Source of the DNA: an uncultured Eubacteriales bacterium
GTDB lineage: Bacteria; Bacillota; TC1
Direction: 5' to 3'
Assembly (NCBI GenBank): GCA_964415195.1
Contig: CAYPYD010000001.1
Coordinates: forward strand, 327,378 to 391,377
Length of the DNA stretch: 64,000 nt
Shown here: piece by piece, positions 1-9,466 of the stretch
Layout of the letters: every line of letters starts with the position of its first letter
Position numbering within the stretch: position 1 is the first letter of the stretch
Position numbers and translations under genes: made by a program
The notes under the pieces: generated by a model
Database searches by the model: none
Told to the model about the DNA's origin: nothing
Seen by the model: the letters and a program-made list of their open reading frames with translations, nothing else

Positions 1-1
1 T

Positions 2-2746
2 AATTCAATCGTTTTCAATGGTGGTACGATTAATACCAGAGGAGGACAATTATATAATGATTCTGGATCAGGTATTTCTATTGGAGAAAATAGTAGTTTA
101 GTTATTAATGGTGGAAATATTGATACAAAAGGTTCTCAACAAGGATCGGGAATAAGTGGAGCTTCAGCTACCCTCACTATTAATTCAGGAAAAGTCAATG
201 CAACTGGTTATGGATCAAGTGGTGGTATTCAATTCGATAATACAGGAATTGTAAGAATTTATGATGGTCAGATAAATTCTATTGGTAGTAAATTAGGTCA
301 AAGCGGTCATGGCGGTATTGGAATAGGTGCTGGTAAAATAGAAATATTTGGTGGTAATGTTAATGCAACTGGAGGAGATTTTAAAGCTGGTATTGGTAAT
401 GACCTGATGGAAAACTATGACATTAGTATTTTTAATGGATTAATAAACGCAGTTGGTGGAAAAGGTGGTAGTGGCATAGGAGGCAGCTCACAAGGAACAG
501 GAGTAGTTAGAATAATTGGTGGTACAATATCGGCTACTGGTGGATATGGTGCAAATGGCATCGGAGTTGGGCAATATGCATCAGAGGGTATAATTAACAT
601 TGAAGGAGGAATAGTCAAAGCTATTGGTGGAAACGGCGGTGCAGGAATTGGCGGCGGATATAATACAGATGGATGTTTTGTGAAAATAACAGGAGGTACC
701 ATCACCGCCATAGGTGGTTCAAATGGTGCAGGCATTGGGGGTTCTTACAATATTCCTGGTTCACAGGTAATAATAGACGGAGGATCAATCAAAGCTTTAG
801 GTAAAGATGGAGCGCAAAATATTGGGACAGGAAATAATAATACGGATACACCTTTAGATTCAGGAACCTTGACCAATAGCTTTGGAGAATTAATTAGTGA
901 GAGAATAATCAATAATGCTATTGATGCTGAAAATCCTGTCAATGTAGAATATTGCGTTCCAATAATTGAGGAAAATAATTATAATTATTGTTACTCAGGT
1001 AGTGGTCATGATGATAATGATATGAATCTATATTTTTATTTACCTTTAACACTGTCATCTGATGCTAGTCTAAAAGAAATTTTGATTAGTGGTGCCACAC
1101 TGACACCGAGTTTTACATCCGAAAACAAGGACTATGTAGTTACTGTGGCCAATGAGATTGAGAGTATCACGGTGACTCCTAAAATGAACGATTCCAGTGC
1201 AATGGTAAGGTTATATGTTGGTGGGGTAGAAACTGCACAACCGATTTGCCTTTCTGTAGGGATCACCAAGATTATTGTAGAAGTGACCGCTGAAGACGGG
1301 ATTACGAAGCAGAATTATAAAATAGATGTGACTAGAGAGCTGTCATCAGATGCATCACTAGCTAACCTTTCAATCAGCAGAGGTTTATTAAGTCCTAGTT
1401 TTTCCACGGATATACTTAACTACAAAACTTTAGTCATGAACGATATTGACAATATTAAGATTACTCCAACAGTAAGTCAAACAGATGCAAAAATTTATAT
1501 AAATGGAATTTTAGTAGAAAGTGGAATTGAGTCAGAGATTATCAATCTATCAGTGGGTACTAACATTATTAATATAGAAGTAACAGCTCAGGATGGTATA
1601 ACTAAGAAGATTTATACCATTAATATTACTCGTGAGCAGAAAGATTACTCAGGTATCTACAATATACAATCAAAGAAAAGCAATCTACTAATGGATGTAT
1701 ACAATGGTGGAAAAGAAAAGGGTAACAATGTAATACAATGGCCAGCAAATGGTGGAATAAATCAACAATGGAAATTTGAAAGACTAGAAAATGGTTACTA
1801 CAAGATAACTTCTCAACTATCAGGAATGGCTATGGACGTATACAATGCAGGAGCCAGTAATGGTAATCGGGTGATTCAGTGGCCATATCATGGTGGCAAT
1901 AACCAACAATGGAAATTAATTGAAAACTCTGATGGAACAATTACTTTCATATCAAGGCTAAGTGTTGAAAATAGCACAAATTACGCATTGGATGTATTTA
2001 ATGGTGGTATAACAGCTGGAGTAAATGTGATTCAATGGACACTTCATTCAGGGGATAATCAAAGATGGTACCTGCAACCAGTGGAAGAACACACTTTAAA
2101 GTATGAAGTAAATGGTGGAAGCACAATAGCAGATAGCAATCATTTACCAGGAGTACTCCTGACAGAACCTACTACCCCTACAAAGGAAAACTTAGTCTTC
2201 GGAGGCTGGTATAAAGATACAGAACTGACACAAAGATGGAACTTTACTAAAGATAGAATGCCAGAAACCGATTTAACCTTATATGCCAAATGGGAACAAG
2301 ATTTAAGTGGGGTATATAATATAAGATCCAAGAACAGTGACCTTGTAATGGACGTATTTAATGGAGGCTCAGATCAAGGAGTAAACGTTATCCAGTGGAC
2401 CAAACATGGTGGAATTAATCAACAATGGAAATTTGAAGCCCTAAATAATGGCTACTATAAGATAACATCGATGCTATCTGGAATGTCAATTGATGTCTAC
2501 AATGGTGGAACAGAAATTGGAAACAGAGTCATCCAATGGCCATACCATGGTGGAATCAACCAACAATGGAAAATCATAAGAAATGATGATGGTACTGTAT
2601 CCTTAATGTCAAGACTTGCTGAAGAGAGCGGGACTAAATTCCTTCTAGATGTCTATGGAGGAGGTAAGGATATGGGCGTCAATGTGATCCAATGGACATC
2701 CCATTATGGTGACAATCAAAAATGGTATATTGATTCTGTAGAATAA
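2..2746 (+). CDS. Secreted multidomain lectin-like protein, 5' end outside the window. Domains: Gly-rich beta-helix-like repeats, 2x cadherin-like beta-sandwich, ricin-B / Flg_new / ricin-B tail.
   Basis: The frame of the 407..2746 ORF stays open back to nt 2 (NSIVFNGGTINTRGG...), so the ATG at 407 is internal. Repeats of 'I.I.GG.I.A.GG.GG.GIGG'. Two 'SSDASL..L.IS.G.L.P.F...Y.I.VTRE' modules (cadherin-like beta-sandwich type). Two beta-trefoils (~1645-2085, ~2300-2743), each with three QxW motifs (NQQWKF, NQQWKL, NQRWYL). They flank a 'GGWYKD...LYAKW' Listeria-Bacteroides (Flg_new) repeat. Confidence 0.8.
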   Translation, partial: NSIVFNGGTINTRGGQLYNDSGSGISIGENSSLVINGGNIDTKGSQQGSGISGASATLTINSGKVNATGYGSSGGIQFDNTGIVRIYDGQINSIGSKLGQSGHGGIGIGAGKIEIFGGNVNATGGDFKAGIGNDLMENYDISIFNGLINAVGGKGGSGIGGSSQGTGVVRIIGGTISATGGYGANGIGVGQYASEGIINIEGGIVKAIGGNGGAGIGGGYNTDGCFVKITGGTITAIGGSNGAGIGGSYNIPGSQVIIDGGSIKALGKDGAQNIGTGNNNTDTPLDSGTLTNSFGELISERIINNAIDAENPVNVEYCVPIIEENNYNYCYSGSGHDDNDMNLYFYLPLTLSSDASLKEILISGATLTPSFTSENKDYVVTVANEIESITVTPKMNDSSAMVRLYVGGVETAQPICLSVGITKIIVEVTAEDGITKQNYKIDVTRELSSDASLANLSISRGLLSPSFSTDILNYKTLVMNDIDNIKITPTVSQTDAKIYINGILVESGIESEIINLSVGTNIINIEVTAQDGITKKIYTINITREQKDYSGIYNIQSKKSNLLMDVYNGGKEKGNNVIQWPANGGINQQWKFERLENGYYKITSQLSGMAMDVYNAGASNGNRVIQWPYHGGNNQQWKLIENSDGTITFISRLSVENSTNYALDVFNGGITAGVNVIQWTLHSGDNQRWYLQPVEEHTLKYEVNGGSTIADSNHLPGVLLTEPTTPTKENLVFGGWYKDTELTQRWNFTKDRMPETDLTLYAKWEQDLSGVYNIRSKNSDLVMDVFNGGSDQGVNVIQWTKHGGINQQWKFEALNNGYYKITSMLSGMSIDVYNGGTEIGNRVIQWPYHGGINQQWKIIRNDDGTVSLMSRLAEESGTKFLLDVYGGGKDMGVNVIQWTSHYGDNQKWYIDSVE
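2306..2676 (+). repeat. 371-bp tract 100% identical to 5445..5815 (copy 1)
   Basis: Aligned by eye: agtggggtatataatataagatcc...ggtaaggatatggg is identical in both genes, whereas flanking paralogous sequence has scattered substitutions. Confidence 0.85.
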
Positions 2747-2792
2747 AAAGTCATAAATCAGTAATCAACAATGTAATATCAGAAATTGGACA

Positions 2793-2855
2793 GCACCCCA
2801 AAAGTTAGAAAATGTGTTCATAACCACATAGATAATAATTGGGGTGCATTTTTTA
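2793..2855 (+). terminator. Possible intrinsic terminator (long loop)
   Basis: gcaccccaa (2793-2801) pairs with ttggggtgc (2839-2847), followed by attttttatt. The loop is ~37 nt, so this is weaker than the other terminators. Confidence 0.4.
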
Positions 2856-2981
2856 TTAATGAAATAGAAGAAGATGGATTGGATAATATCTGAAAAGAAG
2901 TAGTTTTATAATACACAATAATGTATTATATTAAATATGATAGATACAATATAAATAATATACAATAAAGGAGAAAAGATT

Positions 2982-5885
2982 TTGGTTGCAAAAAAAAGAA
3001 TAACAAAAATATCTTCGATCATTTTATCAATAATAATTAGTACAATGCTAATTATTCCATTTCAGAAGAGTGAGGTATCAGCAGCAATAGGACTAGATAA
3101 CTGGACACTGAAAAACCCACAACCAACATCAAATAATCTTAATAGTAGCACCTATGGAAACGGTTCATTCGTCTCAGTCGGTAGTAAAGGTACTATCTTA
3201 ACATCCACTGACGGGGTATCTTGGACAAACCAAAATTCAGGCATAAATGAAAATCTTAACGATATAGCCTATGGCAATGGAATCTATGTAGCAGTTGGAT
3301 CAAATACAATACGCACATCTACAGATAAAGTAAATTGGGTTGGTAGATACCCTGGCATCAGTGAATCTTATCAACTTGATAGCATAACCTACGGTAATGG
3401 AATCTTCGTTGCAATTGGACTTAATAAAATACTAACCTCAGTAGACGGTATTACATGGACCAAACTAGATTCGGATATATATAACAATATATCCTTATAC
3501 GAAGTAAACTATACTAACAATAACTTTTATGTAGTTGCAGATAATAATGCAATACTTACTTCAACCAATGGTATCAACTGGAACAAATACATGTCTGGAA
3601 TACCAATGTTCTTAAAACTTGACTGTATAACCTATGGAAACGGAATCTATCTTGCAATTAGTTCAAGTGGTTCCCTTACTACTTCCACTGATGGTATAAA
3701 CTGGAATCCTGTTTTTTCAGGTATTACTGATAATATATCAAGCGTTACCTACGGGGATGGATTATTCGTAGCCGTAGGAGAAAATGGAGAAATACTAACA
3801 TCTACTAACGGTCTGAATTGGACTAACCAAAATTCAGGATCAGACGAATATCTTAACGACATAAACTACAGTAATGGGAAATTTGTGGCAGTAGGACAAA
3901 GTGGAGAGATAATAACATCATCAGATAGTGTTAATTGGACTAGCCACAAATCTGGTATTCAGGGGAATATGCAAGGATCAGCATATGGTAATGGAATATT
4001 TGTTATAGTAGGTGATAACGGTAAAATAACAACATCAATAGACAATGTGAACTGGACCAGTCAAAACTCCGGAATAACAGAAGATTTATACAATATAATC
4101 TATAGTAACGGTATCTTCATAGCTGTGGGAGAAAATGGCAAAGTAATAACCTCAACCAATGGCTTGAGCTGGAATAATCAGAATACAGGTACATCAGAAG
4201 TACTAAATGACATAGCCTATGGTAATGGTTACTTTGTAGCAGTTGGACAAAATGGTAAAATAATAACATCATTAAATGGTACCAACTGGAACAACCAAAA
4301 CTCTGGTGCTTCAGGTGATCTTTATGGAATAACCTACGGTAATGGACTCTTTGTTACAGTAGGATCAGCTGGTAAAATATTAACATCTACTAATGGGATA
4401 AATTGGACTTTTCGTGATTCTAGGATTTCTGGATTAATCCTAGACATTACCTACAATAATGGGGTTTTTGCAGCAGTAGGAGGAATTTCACATCCAATAT
4501 CAGGGTATAATGGTATAATTCTTACCTCAACTAATGGTGTGGACTGGAGTTCACATACTGGATTTACAGAATTGCTTTATGGAATTACCTATGCCAATGG
4601 ATTTTTTATTGCAGTAGAGTATGATAAAGGTACTATCATAAGTTCGAAGGACGGTATGAATTGGACTAATCTTAAAAACTCAGGCTATCCTTTAGTTTCT
4701 ATTAACTCTGGCAATGGTGCCGTTGTAGCAGTTGGTGATGGAGGAACAATATACTCATCAACATTATCAACAACCAATACCGATTTTAGTGGAACTTACA
4801 ATATAAAATCAAAGAAAAGCAATTTACTAATGGATGTATATAATGCTGGAAAAGAAAAGGGTAACAATGTAATACAATGGCCAGCTAATGGTGGAATAAA
4901 TCAACAATGGAAATTTGAACGATTAGAAAATGGTTACTACAAGATAACTTCTCAACTATCAGGAATGGCTTTGGATGTGTACAATGCAGGATCTAGTAAT
5001 GGTAATCGGGTGATTCAGTGGCCATATCATGGTGGGACCAACCAACAATGGCATTTGATTGAAAACTCAGATGGAACAATTGGATTCATGTCGAGATTAA
5101 GTGTTGAAAATGGTACAAATTACGCATTGGATGTATTTAATGGTGGTATAACAGCTGGAGTAAATGTGATTCAATGGTCTCTACATTCTGGTGATAACCA
5201 AAAATGGTACCTACAACCAGTAGAAGAACACACTTTAAAGTATGAAACCAATGGTGGAAGTACTATAGCAGACAGCAGTCATTTACCAGGAGTACTCCTG
5301 ACAGAACCTACTACCCCTACAAAAGAAGACTTAGTCTTCGCAGGCTGGTATAGAGATACAGAACTTACACAAAGATGGAACTTTTCTAAAGATAGAATGC
5401 CAGGATCTGATTTAACCCTATATGCTAAATGGGAACAAGACTACAGTGGGGTATATAATATAAGATCCAAGAACAGTGACCTTGTAATGGACGTATTTAA
5501 TGGAGGCTCAGATCAAGGAGTAAACGTTATCCAGTGGACCAAACATGGTGGAATTAATCAACAATGGAAATTTGAAGCCCTAAATAATGGCTACTATAAG
5601 ATAACATCGATGCTATCTGGAATGTCAATTGATGTCTACAATGGTGGAACAGAAATTGGAAACAGAGTCATCCAATGGCCATACCATGGTGGAATCAACC
5701 AACAATGGAAAATCATAAGAAATGATGATGGTACTGTATCCTTAATGTCAAGACTTGCTGAAGAGAGCGGGACTAAATTCCTTCTAGATGTCTATGGAGG
5801 AGGTAAGGATATGGGAGTCAACGTTATTCAATGGACTTCCCATTATGGAGATAACCAGAAATGGTATATGGATTCTATAAAATAG
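2982..5885 (+). CDS. Secreted 14-repeat beta-propeller-like protein with ricin-B / Flg_new / ricin-B tail
   Basis: TTG start 8 nt after AAGGAG. Signal peptide MVAKKRITKISSIILSIIISTMLIIPFQKSEVSAA. About 14 tandem ~40-aa repeats 'W(T/N)..NSG....L.DI.YGNG.FVAVG..G.I.TS.DG..W' (BNR/Ycf48-like propeller blades). C-terminal ~370 aa is near-identical to the tail of the 2..2746 protein (trefoils ~4786-5225 and ~5440-5882). Confidence 0.85.
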   Translation: MVAKKRITKISSIILSIIISTMLIIPFQKSEVSAAIGLDNWTLKNPQPTSNNLNSSTYGNGSFVSVGSKGTILTSTDGVSWTNQNSGINENLNDIAYGNGIYVAVGSNTIRTSTDKVNWVGRYPGISESYQLDSITYGNGIFVAIGLNKILTSVDGITWTKLDSDIYNNISLYEVNYTNNNFYVVADNNAILTSTNGINWNKYMSGIPMFLKLDCITYGNGIYLAISSSGSLTTSTDGINWNPVFSGITDNISSVTYGDGLFVAVGENGEILTSTNGLNWTNQNSGSDEYLNDINYSNGKFVAVGQSGEIITSSDSVNWTSHKSGIQGNMQGSAYGNGIFVIVGDNGKITTSIDNVNWTSQNSGITEDLYNIIYSNGIFIAVGENGKVITSTNGLSWNNQNTGTSEVLNDIAYGNGYFVAVGQNGKIITSLNGTNWNNQNSGASGDLYGITYGNGLFVTVGSAGKILTSTNGINWTFRDSRISGLILDITYNNGVFAAVGGISHPISGYNGIILTSTNGVDWSSHTGFTELLYGITYANGFFIAVEYDKGTIISSKDGMNWTNLKNSGYPLVSINSGNGAVVAVGDGGTIYSSTLSTTNTDFSGTYNIKSKKSNLLMDVYNAGKEKGNNVIQWPANGGINQQWKFERLENGYYKITSQLSGMALDVYNAGSSNGNRVIQWPYHGGTNQQWHLIENSDGTIGFMSRLSVENGTNYALDVFNGGITAGVNVIQWSLHSGDNQKWYLQPVEEHTLKYETNGGSTIADSSHLPGVLLTEPTTPTKEDLVFAGWYRDTELTQRWNFSKDRMPGSDLTLYAKWEQDYSGVYNIRSKNSDLVMDVFNGGSDQGVNVIQWTKHGGINQQWKFEALNNGYYKITSMLSGMSIDVYNGGTEIGNRVIQWPYHGGINQQWKIIRNDDGTVSLMSRLAEESGTKFLLDVYGGGKDMGVNVIQWTSHYGDNQKWYMDSIK
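5445..5815 (+). repeat. 371-bp tract 100% identical to 2306..2676 (copy 2)
   Basis: See copy 1. Confidence 0.85.
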
Positions 5886-6016
5886 TAATTGAAGATAGGA
5901 CATTTAAAGATAAATGAAACAATTGAATTATCAAGAGATGAGGTAGAGAGTTAGCTCAGCAACCTCACACCAACCTGCGAAAAGTAAGGTGGTACAGCTA
6001 ACAACGATAAGGAGAC

Positions 6017-6060
6017 AATAACACAAAAAAACTCCTTAGGGAGTTTTTTGTGTTATTGTT
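6017..6060. terminator. Long near-perfect hairpin terminator
   Basis: aataacacaaaaaaactcc / ttag / ggagttttttgtgttatt gives an ~18-bp stem with one bulged A. A-run and T-run arms make it usable in both directions. Confidence 0.75.
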
Positions 6061-6090
6061 ATATTGTTAAGGAATAAAGGAGGTTTAGTA

Positions 6091-6858
6091 ATGAGTTCTA
6101 AAATACTAATACACATACCACACAGTTCAATGAACATCCCAAAAGAATACAAGAACAGCTTTACTGCCGATGCTAAAACAATAAGGAAGAACATCATAGC
6201 ACTAACAGACTACCAAACCCAGGACCTATACGACCACTCAGAACATCAAAACAAAATAATATTCAATGTAAGCAGATTACTTTGTGATGTAGAAAGATAT
6301 GAAGACGACCAATACGAAATAATGGCAAAATACGGCATGGGAGTAGTCTACACAAAAGGACCATATGGAGAAACACTAAGAACAACCAATAAAAACATAA
6401 GAGAAGAAATAATAGAAAAATACTACAAACCACACCACAAGAAACTACTTGACGAGGTTATTAGTATAATTGAGAATAAAGGAAACTGCATAATAATCGA
6501 TGCACACTCTTTTCCTTCAAAACCATTCCCAGGTGAACCAGACCAAAACATGGAAAGACCAGACTTCTGCATAGGTACAGACAATTTTCATACACCAGAG
6601 TCACTGGTCAATAGTATTACTAACTGCATCAAGGAAATGGGCTACACAATAGAACGAAACAAACCATATGCAGGAACCATAGTACCACTAGAACTCTATA
6701 GAAAAGATAAAAGAGTAATATCAGTCATGATAGAAGTTAATAGAAGACTATACATGAACGAAACTGAACAAAGCCCCTCTGAGAAATATGATGCTACTAA
6801 AAAAGCAATACACAAGATTATAGATACAATAGACAAATGGTCACAGGAAAATGCATAA
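6091..6858 (+). CDS. N-formylglutamate amidohydrolase (FGase) family protein
   Basis: ATG at 6091 lies 7 nt after AAAGGAGG; the TTG at 6064 in the ORF track is probably not the start. Family-like motifs are 'HIPHSS..IP', 'RLLCDVER' and 'IIIDAHSFP'. No other hut genes are nearby. Confidence 0.65.
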   Translation: MSSKILIHIPHSSMNIPKEYKNSFTADAKTIRKNIIALTDYQTQDLYDHSEHQNKIIFNVSRLLCDVERYEDDQYEIMAKYGMGVVYTKGPYGETLRTTNKNIREEIIEKYYKPHHKKLLDEVISIIENKGNCIIIDAHSFPSKPFPGEPDQNMERPDFCIGTDNFHTPESLVNSITNCIKEMGYTIERNKPYAGTIVPLELYRKDKRVISVMIEVNRRLYMNETEQSPSEKYDATKKAIHKIIDTIDKWSQENA

Positions 6859-6875
6859 GGAAACAAGAATAAACA

Positions 6876-6920
6876 GAAAGTCCCGATCATGTCAGTAGAC
6901 AGTTCGGGACTTTCTTTATG
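6876..6920 (+). terminator. Intrinsic terminator
   Basis: gaaagtcccga ... tcgggactttc followed by tttatg. Confidence 0.7.
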
Positions 6921-7053
6921 TTAATTTAAATATAAAATGATATTACAAGATAATATGTAGAGGAGTATTGTATTTATTATACATATATGATATTTTTAAT
7001 GTATCAATTTAAAATTGAATAAATTTTTAACGGATACAAATAAGGATAACAAA

Positions 7054-7614
7054 ATGAAAAGAAAAATCTTAATATTTATGTTGTCGATTATCCTATTCTG
7101 GACAGACTGGATAATAATCGGACTCACCTGGAACAATTTTCACGACAAAATCTACACCATAGTCAATGTAATTATGCTTCCAATATTACTCGCTATGCTC
7201 TTAGCTGGAATTATACTGATAATGAAGATAGTTGGTAGACTAAAAGGAAAAGGCGGAGTATACAAGACTATAGATTTCCTTGGAGCTATATTTGCAATAC
7301 TGGTGATAACAGTTATTCTTTTACTCCATTTTAATGAATACAACAAAGCCATGAATAAGAATCATACCATAGCAGGATTTGGACCAATTATCTCTAAAAG
7401 TATAAATGAGGGAAACTACTACTTCTATATTGGAAAAGAGGCTAGAAATATCAGATTCCAGTGCGACAAGAAAACCTACGAAACATTATTAATTAACGAC
7501 AAAGTACTATACACCTTTGAATACAGACTGGACTTCTTCAATGAAAACCGAGGAATCTTAAAAAGCCTTGATCAGGAAAATTATATTGATAATAGAATTA
7601 AGCATGACGACTAA
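7054..7614 (+). CDS. Hypothetical membrane protein
   Basis: ATG at 7054 lies 6 nt after AAGGA. Three predicted TM helices, then a soluble C-terminal part. No recognisable family motif. Confidence 0.5.
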   Translation: MKRKILIFMLSIILFWTDWIIIGLTWNNFHDKIYTIVNVIMLPILLAMLLAGIILIMKIVGRLKGKGGVYKTIDFLGAIFAILVITVILLLHFNEYNKAMNKNHTIAGFGPIISKSINEGNYYFYIGKEARNIRFQCDKKTYETLLINDKVLYTFEYRLDFFNENRGILKSLDQENYIDNRIKHDD

Positions 7615-7644
7615 GGACCCAGTAATTAGAAATAGAAAAAACTC

Positions 7645-7670
7645 AAGCAGCCATAATGGCTGCTTTTTGT
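7645..7670 (+). terminator. Intrinsic terminator
   Basis: aagcagcc ataat ggctgctt followed by tttgtttc. Confidence 0.7.
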
Positions 7671-7682
7671 TTCAATTAAAAC

Positions 7683-7712
7683 AGTTGCGAACGCAACTAA
7701 TTATGATATAAT
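7683..7712 (+). promoter_or_regulatory. Perfect 16-bp palindrome AGTTGCGAACGCAACT overlapping a putative -35, plus TATAAT -10
   Basis: Palindrome at 7683-7698. TTGCGA (7685-7690), 16 nt spacer, TATAAT (7707-7712), directly upstream of the MarR gene. This is the classic layout of an autoregulated MarR operator. Confidence 0.5.
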
Positions 7713-7732
7713 GCAGATGAGAGGTGAAAACA

Positions 7733-8164
7733 ATGAAAAGCACACACATCGGAGACCTAATATACAAACTAAACAAAGAACTATCAAAACAAATAGACAC
7801 ACTACTAAAAGACGAAAAAATGAGCAACGGACAACTACAAACCCTAATGACAATCAAAAAACTAGAAACCAACGGCCAAGTAACACAAGAAAAAATAACA
7901 AAAGAAATACTACTAGACAAAAGCAACATCTGCAGAAGCCTACAAAAACTAAACGAAGAAAAATACATAACAATAGAAATATCAGAAAATGATGCAAGAA
8001 AAAATATAATACAACTAACACAACATGGCCAACAAGAACTAACAAAACTACAAAAAGACCTCCAAACAATAAACAAACAAATGCTAAAAGACATAAAAAT
8101 AGAGGAACAAAACATCACAAAAAACACCCTACAAAAGATGATAGAAAACCTTAAAGTAGACTAA
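7733..8164 (+). CDS. MarR family transcriptional regulator
   Basis: ATG at 7733 after GAGAGG; the GTG at 7724 is too close to the RBS. Winged-helix region 'NGQLQTLMTIKKLETNGQVTQEKITKEILLDKSNICRSLQKLNEEKYI'. The coding strand is extremely A+C-rich: 46 of 60 nt in 7801-7860. Confidence 0.8.
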   Translation: MKSTHIGDLIYKLNKELSKQIDTLLKDEKMSNGQLQTLMTIKKLETNGQVTQEKITKEILLDKSNICRSLQKLNEEKYITIEISENDARKNIIQLTQHGQQELTKLQKDLQTINKQMLKDIKIEEQNITKNTLQKMIENLKVD

Positions 8165-8224
8165 AAATTTAAATTAGCATTTAAATAGGAAATAAAATAG
8201 AAATAGAGACCAGTAGGAGAAAAA

Positions 8225-9466
8225 ATGAAACAAAAAAACAAATACGCCATACTACCAATATTCTTTACAATATTCCTGGACTTGTTAGGACTCGGTATAG
8301 TAATACCAATACTCCCAGCAGTTCTCCTTGACCCAATGGGGGGAGTACTACCAATACTAACAACCTACACCACCAGAACAATAATATATGGCTTTCTAGT
8401 TGCCTCATACCCACTAGCACAATTCTTTAGCGCACCTATACTAGGAGCTTTAGCAGACCAAAAAGGCAGAAAGAAAATACTAATAATATCACTATTTGGA
8501 ACCTATATAGGCTATCTGATCTTTGCTATAGGTATCCTACAAAAAGACATAAACTTACTATTCATAGGCCGAATAATCGATGGCCTCACAGGAGGCAATA
8601 TTGCCATTGCCCAATCAACCATAGCAGACATCAGCGATGAGAAAAGCAAAGCCAAAAACTTTGGCTTTATAGGCATGGCCTTCGGCCTCGGATTTATTCT
8701 AGGACCATACATCGGAGGAAAAATATCAGACCCAGGCGTAGTCTCCTGGTTCACTTATGCAACACCCTTCTATTTAGCAATGGTCCTTAGCATACTAAAC
8801 ATTATTCTAGTAGTCTTAAAATTCCCAGAAACACTAGCAATAAAAAAACAAATAAAAATAAGCTTGCTAACAGGGGCAAGAAATCTAAAAAAAGCCTTCA
8901 CCAGAAAAGACTTGAAAATAATGTTTCTAGTAGGCTTTCTCTTAGCTATTGGTTTTAACTTTTTTACCCAGTTCTTCCAGGTACTCTTGATTGGTAAATT
9001 CAATTTTACTCAATCTAATATTGGTGATTTTTTTGCCTATATGGGCTTATGGATAGCCATCACCCAAGGCTTAATTTTAAGACCACTTTCCAATAAGTTC
9101 TCACCAGAAAATATTATGAAATATTCCATAATATTGTTAGCTTTAACATTCCCCTTTTTACTAATACCTGACAAAGCGATTTGGCTATTTTTAATAATTC
9201 CTTTTATAGCAATATTCCAAGGATTGACCCAGCCAAATACTACGACAATAGTTTCAAACTTGGCAAGTGAAAAGGACCAAGGAGAAATCTTGGGAATAAA
9301 CCAGTCAGTACAATCCATGGCACAAGCTATACCAGCCATTATTGCAGGTTTTATTACTTCAATTAATATTAATCTACCAACCATACTTGCTGCAATAACA
9401 ACAATTATTGCCTGGATTATATTCAAATTTGTCTTTCTAAAAAAAGATAAGATAGGAGAAAACTAA
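8225..9466 (+). CDS. MFS transporter (drug/H+ antiporter-like)
   Basis: About 12 TM segments. MFS motif-A-like 'GALADQKGRKK' after TM2. Co-oriented with, and 60 nt downstream of, the MarR gene. Confidence 0.85.
   Translation: MKQKNKYAILPIFFTIFLDLLGLGIVIPILPAVLLDPMGGVLPILTTYTTRTIIYGFLVASYPLAQFFSAPILGALADQKGRKKILIISLFGTYIGYLIFAIGILQKDINLLFIGRIIDGLTGGNIAIAQSTIADISDEKSKAKNFGFIGMAFGLGFILGPYIGGKISDPGVVSWFTYATPFYLAMVLSILNIILVVLKFPETLAIKKQIKISLLTGARNLKKAFTRKDLKIMFLVGFLLAIGFNFFTQFFQVLLIGKFNFTQSNIGDFFAYMGLWIAITQGLILRPLSNKFSPENIMKYSIILLALTFPFLLIPDKAIWLFLIIPFIAIFQGLTQPNTTTIVSNLASEKDQGEILGINQSVQSMAQAIPAIIAGFITSININLPTILAAITTIIAWIIFKFVFLKKDKIGEN

Noticed and set aside
415-735. 106-aa Pro-rich ORF on the minus strand (also 745..942 minus)
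   Set aside because: It is the antisense shadow of the Gly-rich (GGN) repeats of the + strand lectin gene. It has no RBS and lies entirely inside a well-supported CDS.
5935-6016. Possible riboswitch or structured leader between the lectin gene and the FGase-family gene
   Set aside because: Short complementary segments exist (tgaggt/acctca at 5939-5967 and gttagct/agctaac at 5950-6002). They are mutually exclusive and short, and I cannot match them to any known riboswitch class. The long hairpin at 6017-6057 is adequately explained as the terminator of the upstream gene. Covariance-model scanning (Rfam) would be needed to revive this idea.
6064-6090. N-terminal extensions in the ORF track (6064, 7015, 7724, 13067, 13267, 19846, 41409, 43501, 58650, 58958, 62808)
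   Set aside because: In each case an internal ATG (GTG at 13085) sits at canonical distance from a GGAGG-like RBS. The extended start either has no RBS, abuts the RBS, or includes the upstream terminator hairpin, as at 62799-62824. The shorter coordinates are reported instead.
7672-8127. Overlapping ORFs 7672..8127(-), 7711..7992(+) and 7854..8069(-) around the MarR gene
   Set aside because: They are artefacts of the extreme A+C bias: few stop codons arise in alternative frames. Their translations are low-complexity (Ser/Phe/Cys-rich or Lys/Arg/Thr-rich), whereas the 7733..8164 frame gives a clean MarR winged-helix protein.
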